Shown here piece after piece: positions 39,175 to 50,454 of a stretch of 64,000 nucleotides of DNA. The notes under the pieces were generated by a model. That model made no database searches. It saw only the letters and a list, made by a program, of their open reading frames with translations, and was not told where the DNA came from. Positions within the stretch are counted from its first letter, which is position 1; each line of letters starts with the position of its first letter. Source of the DNA: Octopus sinensis (taxonomy: Eukaryota); NCBI RefSeq assembly GCF_006345805.1, contig NC_043024.1, positions 18,538,001 through 18,602,000 of the forward strand, read 5' to 3'. A program made the translations under genes and the position numbers.

Positions 39175-39575
39175 CCTATTTCTTTACTACCCTCAAGGGG
39201 CTAAACACAGAGAGGACAAATGGATTAAGTCGATTATATAGACCCAAATGCATAAATGGTACTTATTTAATTGACCCCGAAAGGATGAAAGGCAAAGTTG
39301 ACCTCGGTGGAATTTGAACTCAGAACATAATGGCAGACGAAATACCTTATTTCTTTATTACCCACAAGGGGCTAAACATAGAGGGGGCAAACAAGGACAG
39401 ACATAAGTATTAAGTCGATTACATCGACCCCAGTGCGTAACTGGTACTTATTTAATCGACCCCGAAAGGACGAAAGGCAAAGTCGCCCTCGGCGGAATTT
39501 GAACTCAGAACATAGCGGCAGACGAAATACCGCTAAGCATTTCACCCAGTGTGCTATCATTTCTGCCAGCTCACT
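39175..39575 (-). mobile_element. SINE-B dimer
   Basis: Two bodies joined at AATACCTTATTTCTTTATTACC (~39345). Confidence 0.8.
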
Positions 39576-40114
39576 GCTTTAATAGAATAAGTACCAGCTG
39601 TAAACTGAGGTCGTTGTGATCCACTTATCCCTCTGCCGAAATTGCTGGCCTTGTGCAGAATGGTTAACATGCCAGGCAAAATGCCTAATGGCTTTACATC
39701 CATTTTTCAGTTCTGAATTCAAATTCCAGTTAACTTTGCCTTTCATCCTTTCGGGGTTGCTAAGATATATATCAGTTATGCACTGGGGGGACCAATGTAA
39801 TTGACTCACCCCACCCCCACCCTCGAAACAAATATAACAAGACCCTCCAAATGACTCCTATAAAACAATGTCATGAATGCTAACCCCTTGCTTATAATAC
39901 AGAGCACAGTAAATTCCCAAGCGAAATCTTTGGAGCAGGAATTTAGAATTAGATAAGGGCTACACATAAAGCTTATTTATTGCGACCGGTTGCCGGGGAG
40001 GAATGGTTCCTTTACCATTTGCATTAGCAAAACCAAATCAATCTGACTGATGATGTTAGTCCCTCCATGCTGTGTGTGTATGCTTGCACACACCTCGCCA
40101 AATGCAATCACAGA

Positions 40115-40201
40115 ATCCTTAAGATGATGATGATGGTGGTGGTGGTGGCAGGATTGCTGTTGATAATGATGATGAGAATGATGAGGATGATGATGATGAC
40201 A

Positions 40202-40269
<68 letters not shown>

Positions 40270-40820
40270 AATGATGATGATGGCAACAATGATGATATTA
40301 CTAGTGATAATGGATAGTGGTAGTAGTGGTGGTGGTGGTGCTGCTGCTGCTACTGCTACTGCTGTTGATCATGATGATGGTGATGACAGCCATGATGACG
40401 ATGATGATGATGATGACAACAATTGATGATAATGACAGAAGTTGCAGAGGAAGTGGTGGTGGTGGTGGTGATAATGATGATGATAATGATGGTCATAAGT
40501 CATGGTGGTAATGGTGACGGTAGTGGTGGTGGTTGTGATGGTGGTGGTAGTAGTGGTGATAATGATGATAATGGTGATGATGATGATAATGATGGTCATA
40601 ATAGTCATGGGGGTCATGGTGGTCATGGTGACGGTAGTGATGGTAGTGGTGGTGGTGGTGGTGACGACGGTGTTACTGCTGTGATTGCTATTAGTGATGA
40701 TGATGATGATGATGATAAGGAGGAGCAGTAGGATGATGATGGAGGTCAAGATGAAGACAGTGCTGTTGGTGGTGATGAAAACAATGATGACGATGACAAT
40801 GATGATAGTAATGATGACGA
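40115..40820. repeat. (GAT)/(GGT)n low-complexity array
   Basis: Direct reading. Confidence 0.9.
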
Positions 40821-41213
40821 ATGTTAATCATTTTTTGCTACCGAGCCCTGTCATACATTATTTAGGGAAGCCATGAAAGCCGTAATTGGGGTCGATAATG
40901 TACATTTGCAATATTTATTTGAAAAGTTTACTGAGCAGAGATTTCTTACCAATTGCGATCACCGAATCGGTCAAACCAATAAAGGCAGAGTGGATAGGGT
41001 CGTTTGAATTTGGTAGAAATAGCAGTCGAATCCTTGTTTATTTACGCATGTCAGCATCCATGAAAAGGAAGAGATTACGCTTAGATATTGGTGTCAAATT
41101 TTGGTTCAAGGCCAGCAAGTTCAAGGGAGGATGTAAGTCAATGACATCAACCCCAGTATTCAACTGGTATTTATTTTATCAACTCTGAAAGGATAAATGG
41201 CAAAGTCGACTAT

Positions 41214-41619
41214 GGCAGGAGTGGCTGTGTGGTAAGTAGCTTGCTTACGAACCACATGGTTCCGGGTTCAGTCCCACTGCATGGCACCTTGGGCAAGTGT
41301 CTTCTACTATAGCCTCGGGTCGACCAAAGCCTTGTGAGTGGATTTGGTAGATGGAAACTGAAAGAAGCCCGTCGTATATATGTATATATGTGTGTGTGTG
41401 TGTTTGTGTGTGTATGTTTGTCCCTCTCACCAACATTGCTTGACAACCGATGCTGGTGTGTTTACGTCCCCGTAACTTAGCGGCTCGGCAAAAGTGACCG
41501 ATAGAATAAGTACTAGGCTTACAAAGAATAAGTCCTGGGGTCGATTTGCTCGACTAAGGGCGGTGCTCCAGTATGGCCACAGGCAAATGACTGAAACAAG
41601 TAAAATAGTAAAAATAGTA
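41214..41619 (+). mobile_element. SINE-A, full length, flanked by a 114-bp direct repeat
   Basis: 41107-41220 matches 41620-41733 with about 6 mismatches. Confidence 0.9.
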
Positions 41620-41954
41620 CAAGGCCAGCAAATTCAAGGGAGGATGTAAGTCAATGACATCAACCTCAGTATTCAACTGGTATTCATTTTATCGACTCTG
41701 AATGGATAAATGGCAAAGTCGACCATGGCAGGATTTGAACCCAGAACATAAAGACAGACAAGATTGTGCTAAGCCTTTTGCCTGGTGTGCTAATGATTCT
41801 GCCAGCTCACCACCTGACATTATACTCAGATATTAAAGTCATGAGATGTAATTGATTTAATAAGAGTAAAAGAATGAAAGGTAAACAATGCATCCTACAG
41901 CAAAGCCATGTTGGGCCAGTTTGGCAGAGCACAGGAATTGAACCAGTATGATCT

Positions 41955-42560
41955 GATCAATTATGATCTGAATATGGTTTCTGATTACAAATATCTTGGG
42001 TCATACATATCATCATCTGGAAAAGATTTTCTAACTAGAAAGGGTATGGCCTGGTCAGCCTGTAATGACATGCATAAGATCTGGTCATCAAATCTAAGTA
42101 GAGACTTCAAACTTGAAATCTTCAAGGCCACAGTCGAACAAATTCTAGTATATGGCTCAGACACCTGGACGTTATCAAAGAAGCTTGAGGGGCGGTTGGA
42201 TGGAACCTACACTCGCCTCCTTAAGAGAGCTCAAAATCTCTCGTGGAAGTGCCATCCAACCAAAATGCAAATATATGGGAAACTACCACATGTGTCATCT
42301 CTTGTGAAAGGTAGGAGAGTCCAGTTTGCTGGACATTGTTGTAGAGCTGAAAACGAGGCAATTTCTACTCTTCTCCTCTGGAAGCCATCTACTTGCAATA
42401 CCAGAGGGCACACACTCTCCTACCCTGATGTAATCTCCAGGGATACAGGCATCCAGCAACAGGACCTCCGTAATGCCATGATGGACCGTGAAGTCTGGCG
42501 TAGCATGGTAAATTCCATTGTCTTGACCACGGTCGAACAATGATGAATGATGATGATGAC
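41955..42560 (+). mobile_element. RTE-X-like LINE 3' fragment (RT C-terminus)
   Basis: YKYLGSYI...FKATVEQILVYGSDTWTL...RLDGTYTRLLKRAQNLSW...RRVQFAGHCCR...DREVWRSMV*, then a (GAT)n tail. Confidence 0.85.
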
Positions 42561-43232
42561 CTGAAGATCAAATTCACAGCCTGCACATCAGACCACGGTT
42601 AATGGGGAGAATATGCTGGGGCCTTCTTCCTGTAGTAGACTGAACATAGGCAATCCAATCCAATTAAATCTCTTTCACTTTTAGCCTTATATCTCTGATT
42701 GAATTGCATCATAAGATAAACAGAACCATCTTTTTCTTACTTACAGAGATGAGACACTCAGCTATCCACCCCTCCCCACATACACACACCTTGCTGATTA
42801 ACTGCTTTCAAGGCTGTAAATCTTAAATACACCCTACCTACATATGTCGTTGCACTGCCCTCTGCTGTAAGACCACTTATCTGATTTGGCCAAACTCATT
42901 CTGCAACCAGCAAAGGTTGGGGAATCACAAAATATACAGTTTTTAAATGTGCCCAAAACTGTGGTTTGTGTTTCCATCTAAAGAACATGGTTTCTTATAA
43001 TGATGTAATGTACCCATTAATCAATTAAAAAATTAATTGGAAACTGCTGTAATGAACTAACACCTAGCCGTCGTTTGTCATTTATATATATATATATATA
43101 CTAATTATATACGCTTTTATTATTATTTTGCAATTTACTTAATCATTGGTATATTATTATTTTATTTTTAATATTTTCTAGACGGTGTAATTTAATTGTT
43201 CATTTTCAATTGATAAAAGGTGTTTTTTTCTA

Positions 43233-43283
<51 letters not shown>

Positions 43284-44084
43284 TTTGTGAAATTTGATTT
43301 AGTATTTCTAAATTGAATTTTTCCCTGTAAGTTAAGAATAATATTCCCTCAAATAATAATTATTATATATATAATCATTACAGATACAGGGTAAAGATTT
43401 ATTAATCTGTCATGATTATTTCATTCCCATATAGCAAACTGCAGTTTTCTTTCTGCAGAACTATCTTGTGATGCACATGGTAATCTTGGAGGGAAAATAT
43501 GAATTCCCTTGTCCTATATAAATTTGGATGTGCTGACTACCTTGTGTTATGTTCCGATGGCACTTGGTCGGGGATACAAAGGGTAGGTTTTCTAGCATTT
43601 TCAAATTTATAATTCTCGAAATATTATGTTGACACACGGAATGAATTTTTATGATTCTAATCCAGAAACACGTCCATAATTAATTGAAGACTGTTTGATT
43701 TCATTATTTTTTCTTCTTTTTGCCTATGTGAGTTACAGATATTGTTGTCTGTGGAGTCATATCTGTAGTGAAAAGGAATTAGCTGCCTTTTGCTGCTATT
43801 TCTAAATTTTCGGTATGTGGTGAAGCAACTTGTTGCTAAACCCTTAATTATATATATACATACATATATATGTTATATGCACACACACATACATGTCTAC
43901 ACATTTCTGGATTGATGCAGACAAGATCGAAGTTGGATGTTATAGAGTGGTGGGGGAATGGGAGAGTGTGGATCATTTTTTTGTGGGTAGGGAGATGGGG
44001 GAGGGGATCAATTACCAAAAACTGTCGAACTAACAAGAAAGAAGATATTGATTCACTTGGGGTGGGTGTAAAATGCTACTGAGG

Positions 44085-44445
44085 ATGATGAAGGTGATGA
44101 TGATGATGACAACGCTGATGATGACAATGATGAGGATGAGGAGGAAGAAAGGGAGGATGAGTATTACAAGATTATGATGACAATAATGATGATGATGATG
44201 ATGATGATGATGACAATGAGGAGGATGAGAAGGAAGGGAAGGATAACTATTACAGCGATTATGATGACAATAATAATGATGATGATGTCGATCCTGACAA
44301 GGATGACAGTGATGGTTATGGTGATGATGATGATGATGTGGAGGAGGAGGAGTATGAAGTGGATGACGATTACAGTAATGATGATGATAATTACGAAGAT
44401 CATGATGATGATGTAACTATAAACATTAATAACAATGATGTTAAC

Positions 44446-44475
<30 letters not shown>
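44085..44475. repeat. (GAT)n-rich low-complexity array
   Basis: Direct reading. Confidence 0.9.
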
Positions 44476-44477
<2 letters not shown>

Positions 44478-45129
44478 CACACAAGAACGACAATGTTGTA
44501 GATAATAGAGTCGATAATGGAAATGGTAATCATTCGTTGGCGCAAAACCCTGTTTACATGTCATTAAGAGAATCATGAAAGCAAGAATTTCAGTCGATAA
44601 TGTACATTTGCAATATTTATTAGAAATTTTTACTGACCTGAGATTTCCTTCCACCAATTGCAATCATCGAATCTGTGAAACCTATAAAGGTAGGCTGTTT
44701 ATTTAGCTTGGAAGAAATAACAGCCAAATCTCTCTTGAATCTCTCAACCAAGCATCTTAAGAACAGAAGGTCACATTGGTTAATACGGTCGCTAGATGTC
44801 TGTGATTGACTGTACTTGATGGCATAAAAGATGTGCATTCAGATGTACATCAATTTCAGCTGTGCATATTCAAGAAATAATGGTCCTTAATGCCTTCATC
44901 ATCATCATCACCATCATCATTGTCATCACTATCATTTAACACCTATTTTCCAATCTGGCATGGGTTGGACAGCTTGACAGGAACTGGCAAGGCCAGGAGG
45001 AGGCTGCACCAGGTTCCATTGTCTGTTTTGGCTTGGTGCCTACAGCTGGATGCCCTTCCTAACGCCAACCACTCCACAGAATGTACTGGGTGCTTTTTTT
45101 ATGTGACACTATCACCACTGCTTTTTTAC

Positions 45130-46280
45130 ATGGCACCAAAACCAGTGCTTTTTACCTCATATCAGCACCAGTGCTTTCCATGTGGCACCAGCACCAATGT
45201 TTCTTACATGGCACCAAAACCAGTGCTTTTTACCTTATATCAGCACCAGTGCTTTTCATGTGGCACCAGCACCAGTGCTTTCCATGTGGCACCAGCACCA
45301 ATGTTTCTTACATGGCACCAAAACCAGTGCTTTTTACCTTATATCAGCACCAGTGCTTTTCATGTGGCACCAGCACCAGTGCTTTCCATGTGGCACCAGC
45401 ACCAATGTTTCTTACATGGCACCAAAACCAGTGCTTTTTACCTTATATCAGCACCAGTGCTTTTCATGTGGCACCAGCACCAGTGCTTTCCATGTGGCAC
45501 CAGCACCAATGTTTCTTACATGGCACCAAAACCAGTGCTTTTTACCTTATATCAGCACCAGTGCTTTTCATGTGGCACCAGCACCAGTGCTTTCCATGTG
45601 GCACCAGCACCATGTTTCTTACATGGCACCAAAACCAGTGCTTTTTACCTTATATCAGCACCAGTGCTTTTCATGTGGCACCAGCACCAGTGCTTTCCAT
45701 GTGGCACCAGCACCAATGTTTCTTACACGGCACCATCACCAGTGCTTTTCATGTGGCACCAGCACCAGTGCTTTACATGTGGAACCAGCACCAGTGTTTC
45801 TTATATGGCACCATCATCAGTACTTTTCATGTGGCACTAATAACAGTGCTTTTCATGTGGCACCAGCACCAGTGTTTCTTATATGGCACCATCACCAGTG
45901 CTTTTCATGTGGCACCAGCACCAGTGCTTTACATGTGGAACCAGCACCAGTGTTTCTTATATGGCACCATCATCAGTACTTTTCATGTGGCACTAATAAC
46001 AGTGCTTTTCATGTGGCACCATCACCAGTGTTTCTTATATGGCACCATCACCAGTGCTTTTCATGTGGCACCAGCACCAGTGCTTTTCATGTGGAACTGG
46101 CACCAATGCTTCTTATATGGCACCCTCACCAGTGCTTTTCATGTGGCACCCTCACCAGTGCTTTTCATGTGGCACCATCACCAGTGCTTTACATGTGACA
46201 CCAGCACTAGTGTTTCTTATATGGCACCAGCACCAGTGCTTTGCATGTGGTATCAGTGCCAGTGCTTTTTATGTGGCACC
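45130..46280. repeat. 26-bp minisatellite (CAGTGCTTTTCATGTGGCACCAGCAC) with 104-bp higher-order repeat, inside an RTE-type 3' end
   Basis: AAAACCAGTGC marker recurs at 45216, 45320, 45424, 45528 and 45631. Confidence 0.9.
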
Positions 46281-46590
46281 AACATTCACACGAATACTTC
46301 TTAGGTGGCACCTTGGTTTTAGGATCTGAATTCTGTTGTGGTGGGCAAGTCTTCTTTAGTTAAAGTATATACTGTTGGTTTCAGATTTTCACACAAGGCC
46401 AGCAGTTTTGAGGGAAGGAGGAAGTCAATTACTCAAGCTACATCAATCCCAGGGCTCAGCTGCTGTTTCATTGACTCTGAAAGGATGAAGGCCTTGTGAG
46501 TGGATTTGGTAGACAGAAAACTGAAAGAAGCCTGTCGTATATATGTATATATATATATATATATATAATATATATATTATATATATATAT

Positions 46591-46622
<32 letters not shown>

Positions 46623-46663
46623 ATATATTATATATATATATTATTATATATATATATATATAT

Positions 46664-46698
<35 letters not shown>

Positions 46699-46889
46699 TG
46701 TGTGTGTGTGTGTAAGTGTGTGTATGTTTGTGTGTCTCTGTTTGTTCCCCCAACATCATTTGACAACCGATGCTGGTGTGTAACTCAGTGGTTCGGCAAA
46801 AGAGATCGATAGAATAAATACAAGCCAAAATTTCAGGCCTTCTGCCTATAATAGAAAGGATTGTTATCATTATTATTATTATTAATACC

Positions 46890-47215
46890 AATGCCAAGTG
46901 CCACCTGACTGGCACTTGAGCCAGCGTCACATAAAAGTACCCACTACACTCTCGTAGTGGTGGCACATAAAAAGCACCATTTGAGCATGGTTGATACCAG
47001 TTCCACCTGACTGGCTCCCATGCCAATGCCACATAAAAAGAACCCACTACACTCTCAGAGTGGTTGGTGTTAGGAAGGGTATCCAACTGTAGAAACCTTA
47101 CCAAATCAGATTGGAGCCTGGTGCAGCCTACAGGCTTGCTGGTCCTTAATCAAACTGTCCAACCCATGCCAGCATAGAAAGCCGACGTTAAACGACGACG
47201 ATGATGATGATTATG
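46890..47215 (+). mobile_element. RTE-type 3' end fragment
   Basis: Family motifs and (GAT)n tail. Confidence 0.75.
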
Positions 47216-47706
47216 ATAATTATCATTATTGAAGGGCAGTGATCTGGCAGAGCCATTAGCATGCTCAGCAACATTTTGTCTGCCTTTTCATTCTGAGTTC
47301 AAATCCTGCCGAGGTTGACTTTGCCTTTCACCCTTTTGACATTGATAAAATAAGTCCCAGTTGAGTCCAGGGGTCAATGTAATCGACAAAGCTGCTCCCT
47401 GTAGTTTGCTGACCTTGGGTCAAAATTTGAAATCCACATTTTGTTAAAATCTGTGGAACATGATGACGTGTCATCAGCATATTTCCTCTAACTCATGGAA
47501 ATATGTCTGTGATTCCATGTGATTGTTAATCACCTAACCAATCCCATCACCAAATTATCCATTATTTAAGAAATGCCAAGGGAAACGGATTAAAACCTGA
47601 TAACATCTATTCATAACGTTTATTAGAATATTGGTAACCTGATATTTTTGCCTCCTTAATTGCATTTCAGAAATAGAATAAATATGATTAACATGCATTT
47701 ATGTGC

Positions 47707-47771
<65 letters not shown>

Positions 47772-47902
47772 TGCATGCACATGCATGTGACACTGTAACC
47801 ACACTGTTCCTGTTATTATCAGTGAATTTGTTGTATAATTTAAAAGAGCTTCTATGTGGTTGCTTGAAATGACAGAAATAGAAGTTAATTTCCTCTTGAG
47901 GT

Positions 47903-48124
47903 ATCTGAAGGGATGCTGAAAAGTTCCCGGCTTTGGGTAAAAGAAAATATTAGGGGATCAGTTAATTATGATTTTATTCAACATGTTCCCCTCTCAGATT
48001 CACACACTCATTGCAGCAGTCCTTCAGTTTTTCTAGGCCTGTAAAAAAACTCAGAAGGCTGGGCCTCCAACCAGGCTTCTTATGATACACCTAAAGCCAA
48101 GAACTTTTCAGCACCTCCTTGTAT
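47903..48124. mobile_element. Mariner/Tc1-type MITE
   Basis: GAAGGGATGCTGAAAAGTTCCCGGCTTT ... AAAGCCAAGAACTTTTCAGCACCTCCTTGTA. Confidence 0.7.
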
Positions 48125-48479
48125 ATAAACACATACATATATATATATATCAAACCGGCAAAGGGTACTGCAGTAAATTATTTTATGCAGTATTATTTCT
48201 GGTAATTTAGTGCACCAAAATGAAGACTTTTGAAAAATAGCTAGAAGTGTAATAGGTAGAACTCCATACATATTCAACCTTGTGTTGATGTCTGGTGTGT
48301 AGTTCTTCAAATTATATTTGTATGGACGATCATACTGAAGATCTACGGACAAATTGTGTAAGTAAAATTACGTAATCTGTTGATAGTGAAACAATTGTTT
48401 ATGAGTAATCTATGCGCATTGTGACCAGCGATGTGTAGCAACATCTGATAGCCTGGTCGGTCACGGTGACAGTGATATA

Positions 48480-48953
48480 TATATATATAAAACTGTAGTT
48501 GTGTGAGTGTCTGTCCCCTTCGATTTAGATTCCTAACTACTCCCACATTTTGCAGTGCAATTTAACCAAATTCGGGTATCTTATAGTCGTGATTCATATC
48601 GAGCCCGTCTGGGTATTAGCGCGCGTCTACGATGAGTCTACGATTTTAAAAATAATTTAACATCATTTTTTATTCCATTTTAATGCATAATTTTTCGTGT
48701 GTCGATGGCGGTGGAGTTGGCGTCCACGCTCACACCTGCACCTGTGGGGAAGGGAGTGTAAGGAAATCAACGTCGTAAAGCGTTGTCAAGGAGACCAGCG
48801 TTCTTTTAGAACAACGACTTCAAGACTTGAAGACACCAAAACAGAAATGGCTAAGAAAGCCCAAATTGGCATCTATAAGGGAAGTAACTCTCTAAAAATG
48901 CTTATATAGTTATTTCCCTTACAAACCCGAGCAACGCCGGGCGATACTGCTAG
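48480..48953 (+). mobile_element. Non-autonomous Helitron-like element
   Basis: 3' hairpin CCCGAGCAACGCCGGG plus CTAG|T. The 3' ~70 bp are shared with 10346-10729. Confidence 0.7.
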
Positions 48954-49027
48954 TTATATATATACTTTTTTATCAAAGCATCAAAAACATCACAAAAACT
49001 TCTACTCAGAGTTTCATGTTCCCATTT

Positions 49028-49356
49028 GTCTGGCAGTTGTGATGAAGAATGGAATGAAATTGTGATGTTGCAAGTAACATACGATTTGATATAATCCAAT
49101 TTCATGAATAAGCATTTGAATTTGATTGAGTAATTTAATTTGAAAACATAAGCTGTGTTGTATTCCCTAACAGCTGGGCTGTTCAGTTTATACCCCCCCC
49201 CACCAAGAAGCCCAACGATTAGGGAATACAACATGGCTTATGTTTCCAAATTAAATTACTCAATCAAATTTAAATGCTTATTCAGGAAATTGGATCAAAT
49301 CCTATATTACTTGCACCATCACAATTTTATTCCATTCTTCATCACAACTGCCAGAC
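49028..49356. repeat. Foldback inverted repeat (~140-bp arms, ~48-bp loop)
   Basis: 49028-49170 is the reverse complement of 49219-49356 at high identity. Confidence 0.9.
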
Positions 49357-49633
49357 GAGCTTCTTGCCTGCTGGTTACCTGCTTCCTGTACTTGCATGAT
49401 GGAGTTGGGGTCATCCCAGGTTGGTGGTTCCAGAGACAACAACACACATAGAGTTGACCAAGTCCACCAGTGCTCCCCACTGCTGGCAGTCCCATGCCAG
49501 CCTCACTGGACCCTCTTTGGTATAGCCTTGTCATGGCAAGGGGCCTTGCATGTTCCATAGATCTGAAAGTGCAATACTGTCTGGAGATCAGTTTCTTGTA
49601 GGGTCACTCTAGGCAGGCAGAGCAACACGGAAT

Positions 49634-49688
49634 TTTGTCAGTGAACAGGTCGCACGCAGTCTCAAAGCGACGAAAATATTTTGACAAA
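49634..49688 (+). ncRNA. Type I hammerhead ribozyme-like motif, G3-C8 core variant
   Basis: UUUGUCA-GUGAACA-G-GUCGC-(13 nt)-GCGAC-GAA-AAUAUU-U-UGACAAA: 7-bp helix I, 5-bp helix II, palindromic helix III. Confidence 0.65.
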
Positions 49689-49768
49689 TTTAATTTAAAT
49701 GTTGAAGTGAATTTAACGGTTTTTGTGTGTTTCTTAAATGGCTTACAAACACCTTCCATGCTGCAATT

Positions 49769-49846
<78 letters not shown>

Positions 49847-50016
49847 GTGTATAAGTATATATAATGAAGAAGTAAAATTATAAATATACATGTGTGTATA
49901 TATATATATATGTATATATATCTATTTAATCAATATCAGGATAGCAAAAAATTCAAGAGAAATTTATCACCACCAGCGGTCCAGTGAGAAAGAAAAAATA
50001 GTCAACAGACTATATA

Positions 50017-50381
50017 ATATACATTCAACAATATTAAGGAATGGCCTTGATAGGCTATTTGACCCACTAGAAAGAGCAGCTAAACTCAAACCACTAAATA
50101 GTTGTAATTCAGAAACCAAAGGAAAATAAAAACATTTACCCTTATCATCTTTGGACTATGCATAGTTTCGACATACATATTGGCAAACCGATTTAATTAA
50201 ATTAAATTAAATCTATTTACCACTGGCCTGTCTCGTCAGCAAAGAAGCCAGGGAAATATATATCCAATTTATTTTCCTTTAGTTTCTGAATTACAACTAT
50301 TTAGCGGTTTGAGTTTAGCTGCTCTTTCTAGTGGGTCGAATGGCCTATCAAGGCCATTCCTTAATATTGTTGAATGTATAT
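50017..50381. repeat. 114-bp inverted repeat enclosing the hammerhead
   Basis: 50017-50130 vs 50268-50381: 4 mismatches, all transitions. Confidence 0.92.
50148..50245 (-). ncRNA. Type I hammerhead ribozyme with canonical core and extended helix II
   Basis: Minus strand: UCUUUG-CUGACGA-GACA...UGUC-GAA-ACUAUGCAUAGU-C-CAAAGA. GUC site; cleavage predicted between 50154 and 50153. Confidence 0.85.
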
Positions 50382-50454
50382 ATATCTAAGTATATATAAT
50401 GAAGAAGTAAATTTATAAATATATGTGTGTGTGTATATATATATATATATACAA

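Noticed and set aside
44890-46329. 316-407 aa repeat proteins
   Set aside because: All three frames are open because of a stop-free 26-bp unit inside a retroelement 3' end; no frame is preferred.
49357-49610. Possible LINE fragment (TRLYQRGSSEAGMGLP)
   Set aside because: Only a faint resemblance to an RT motif; too short and degenerate to call.
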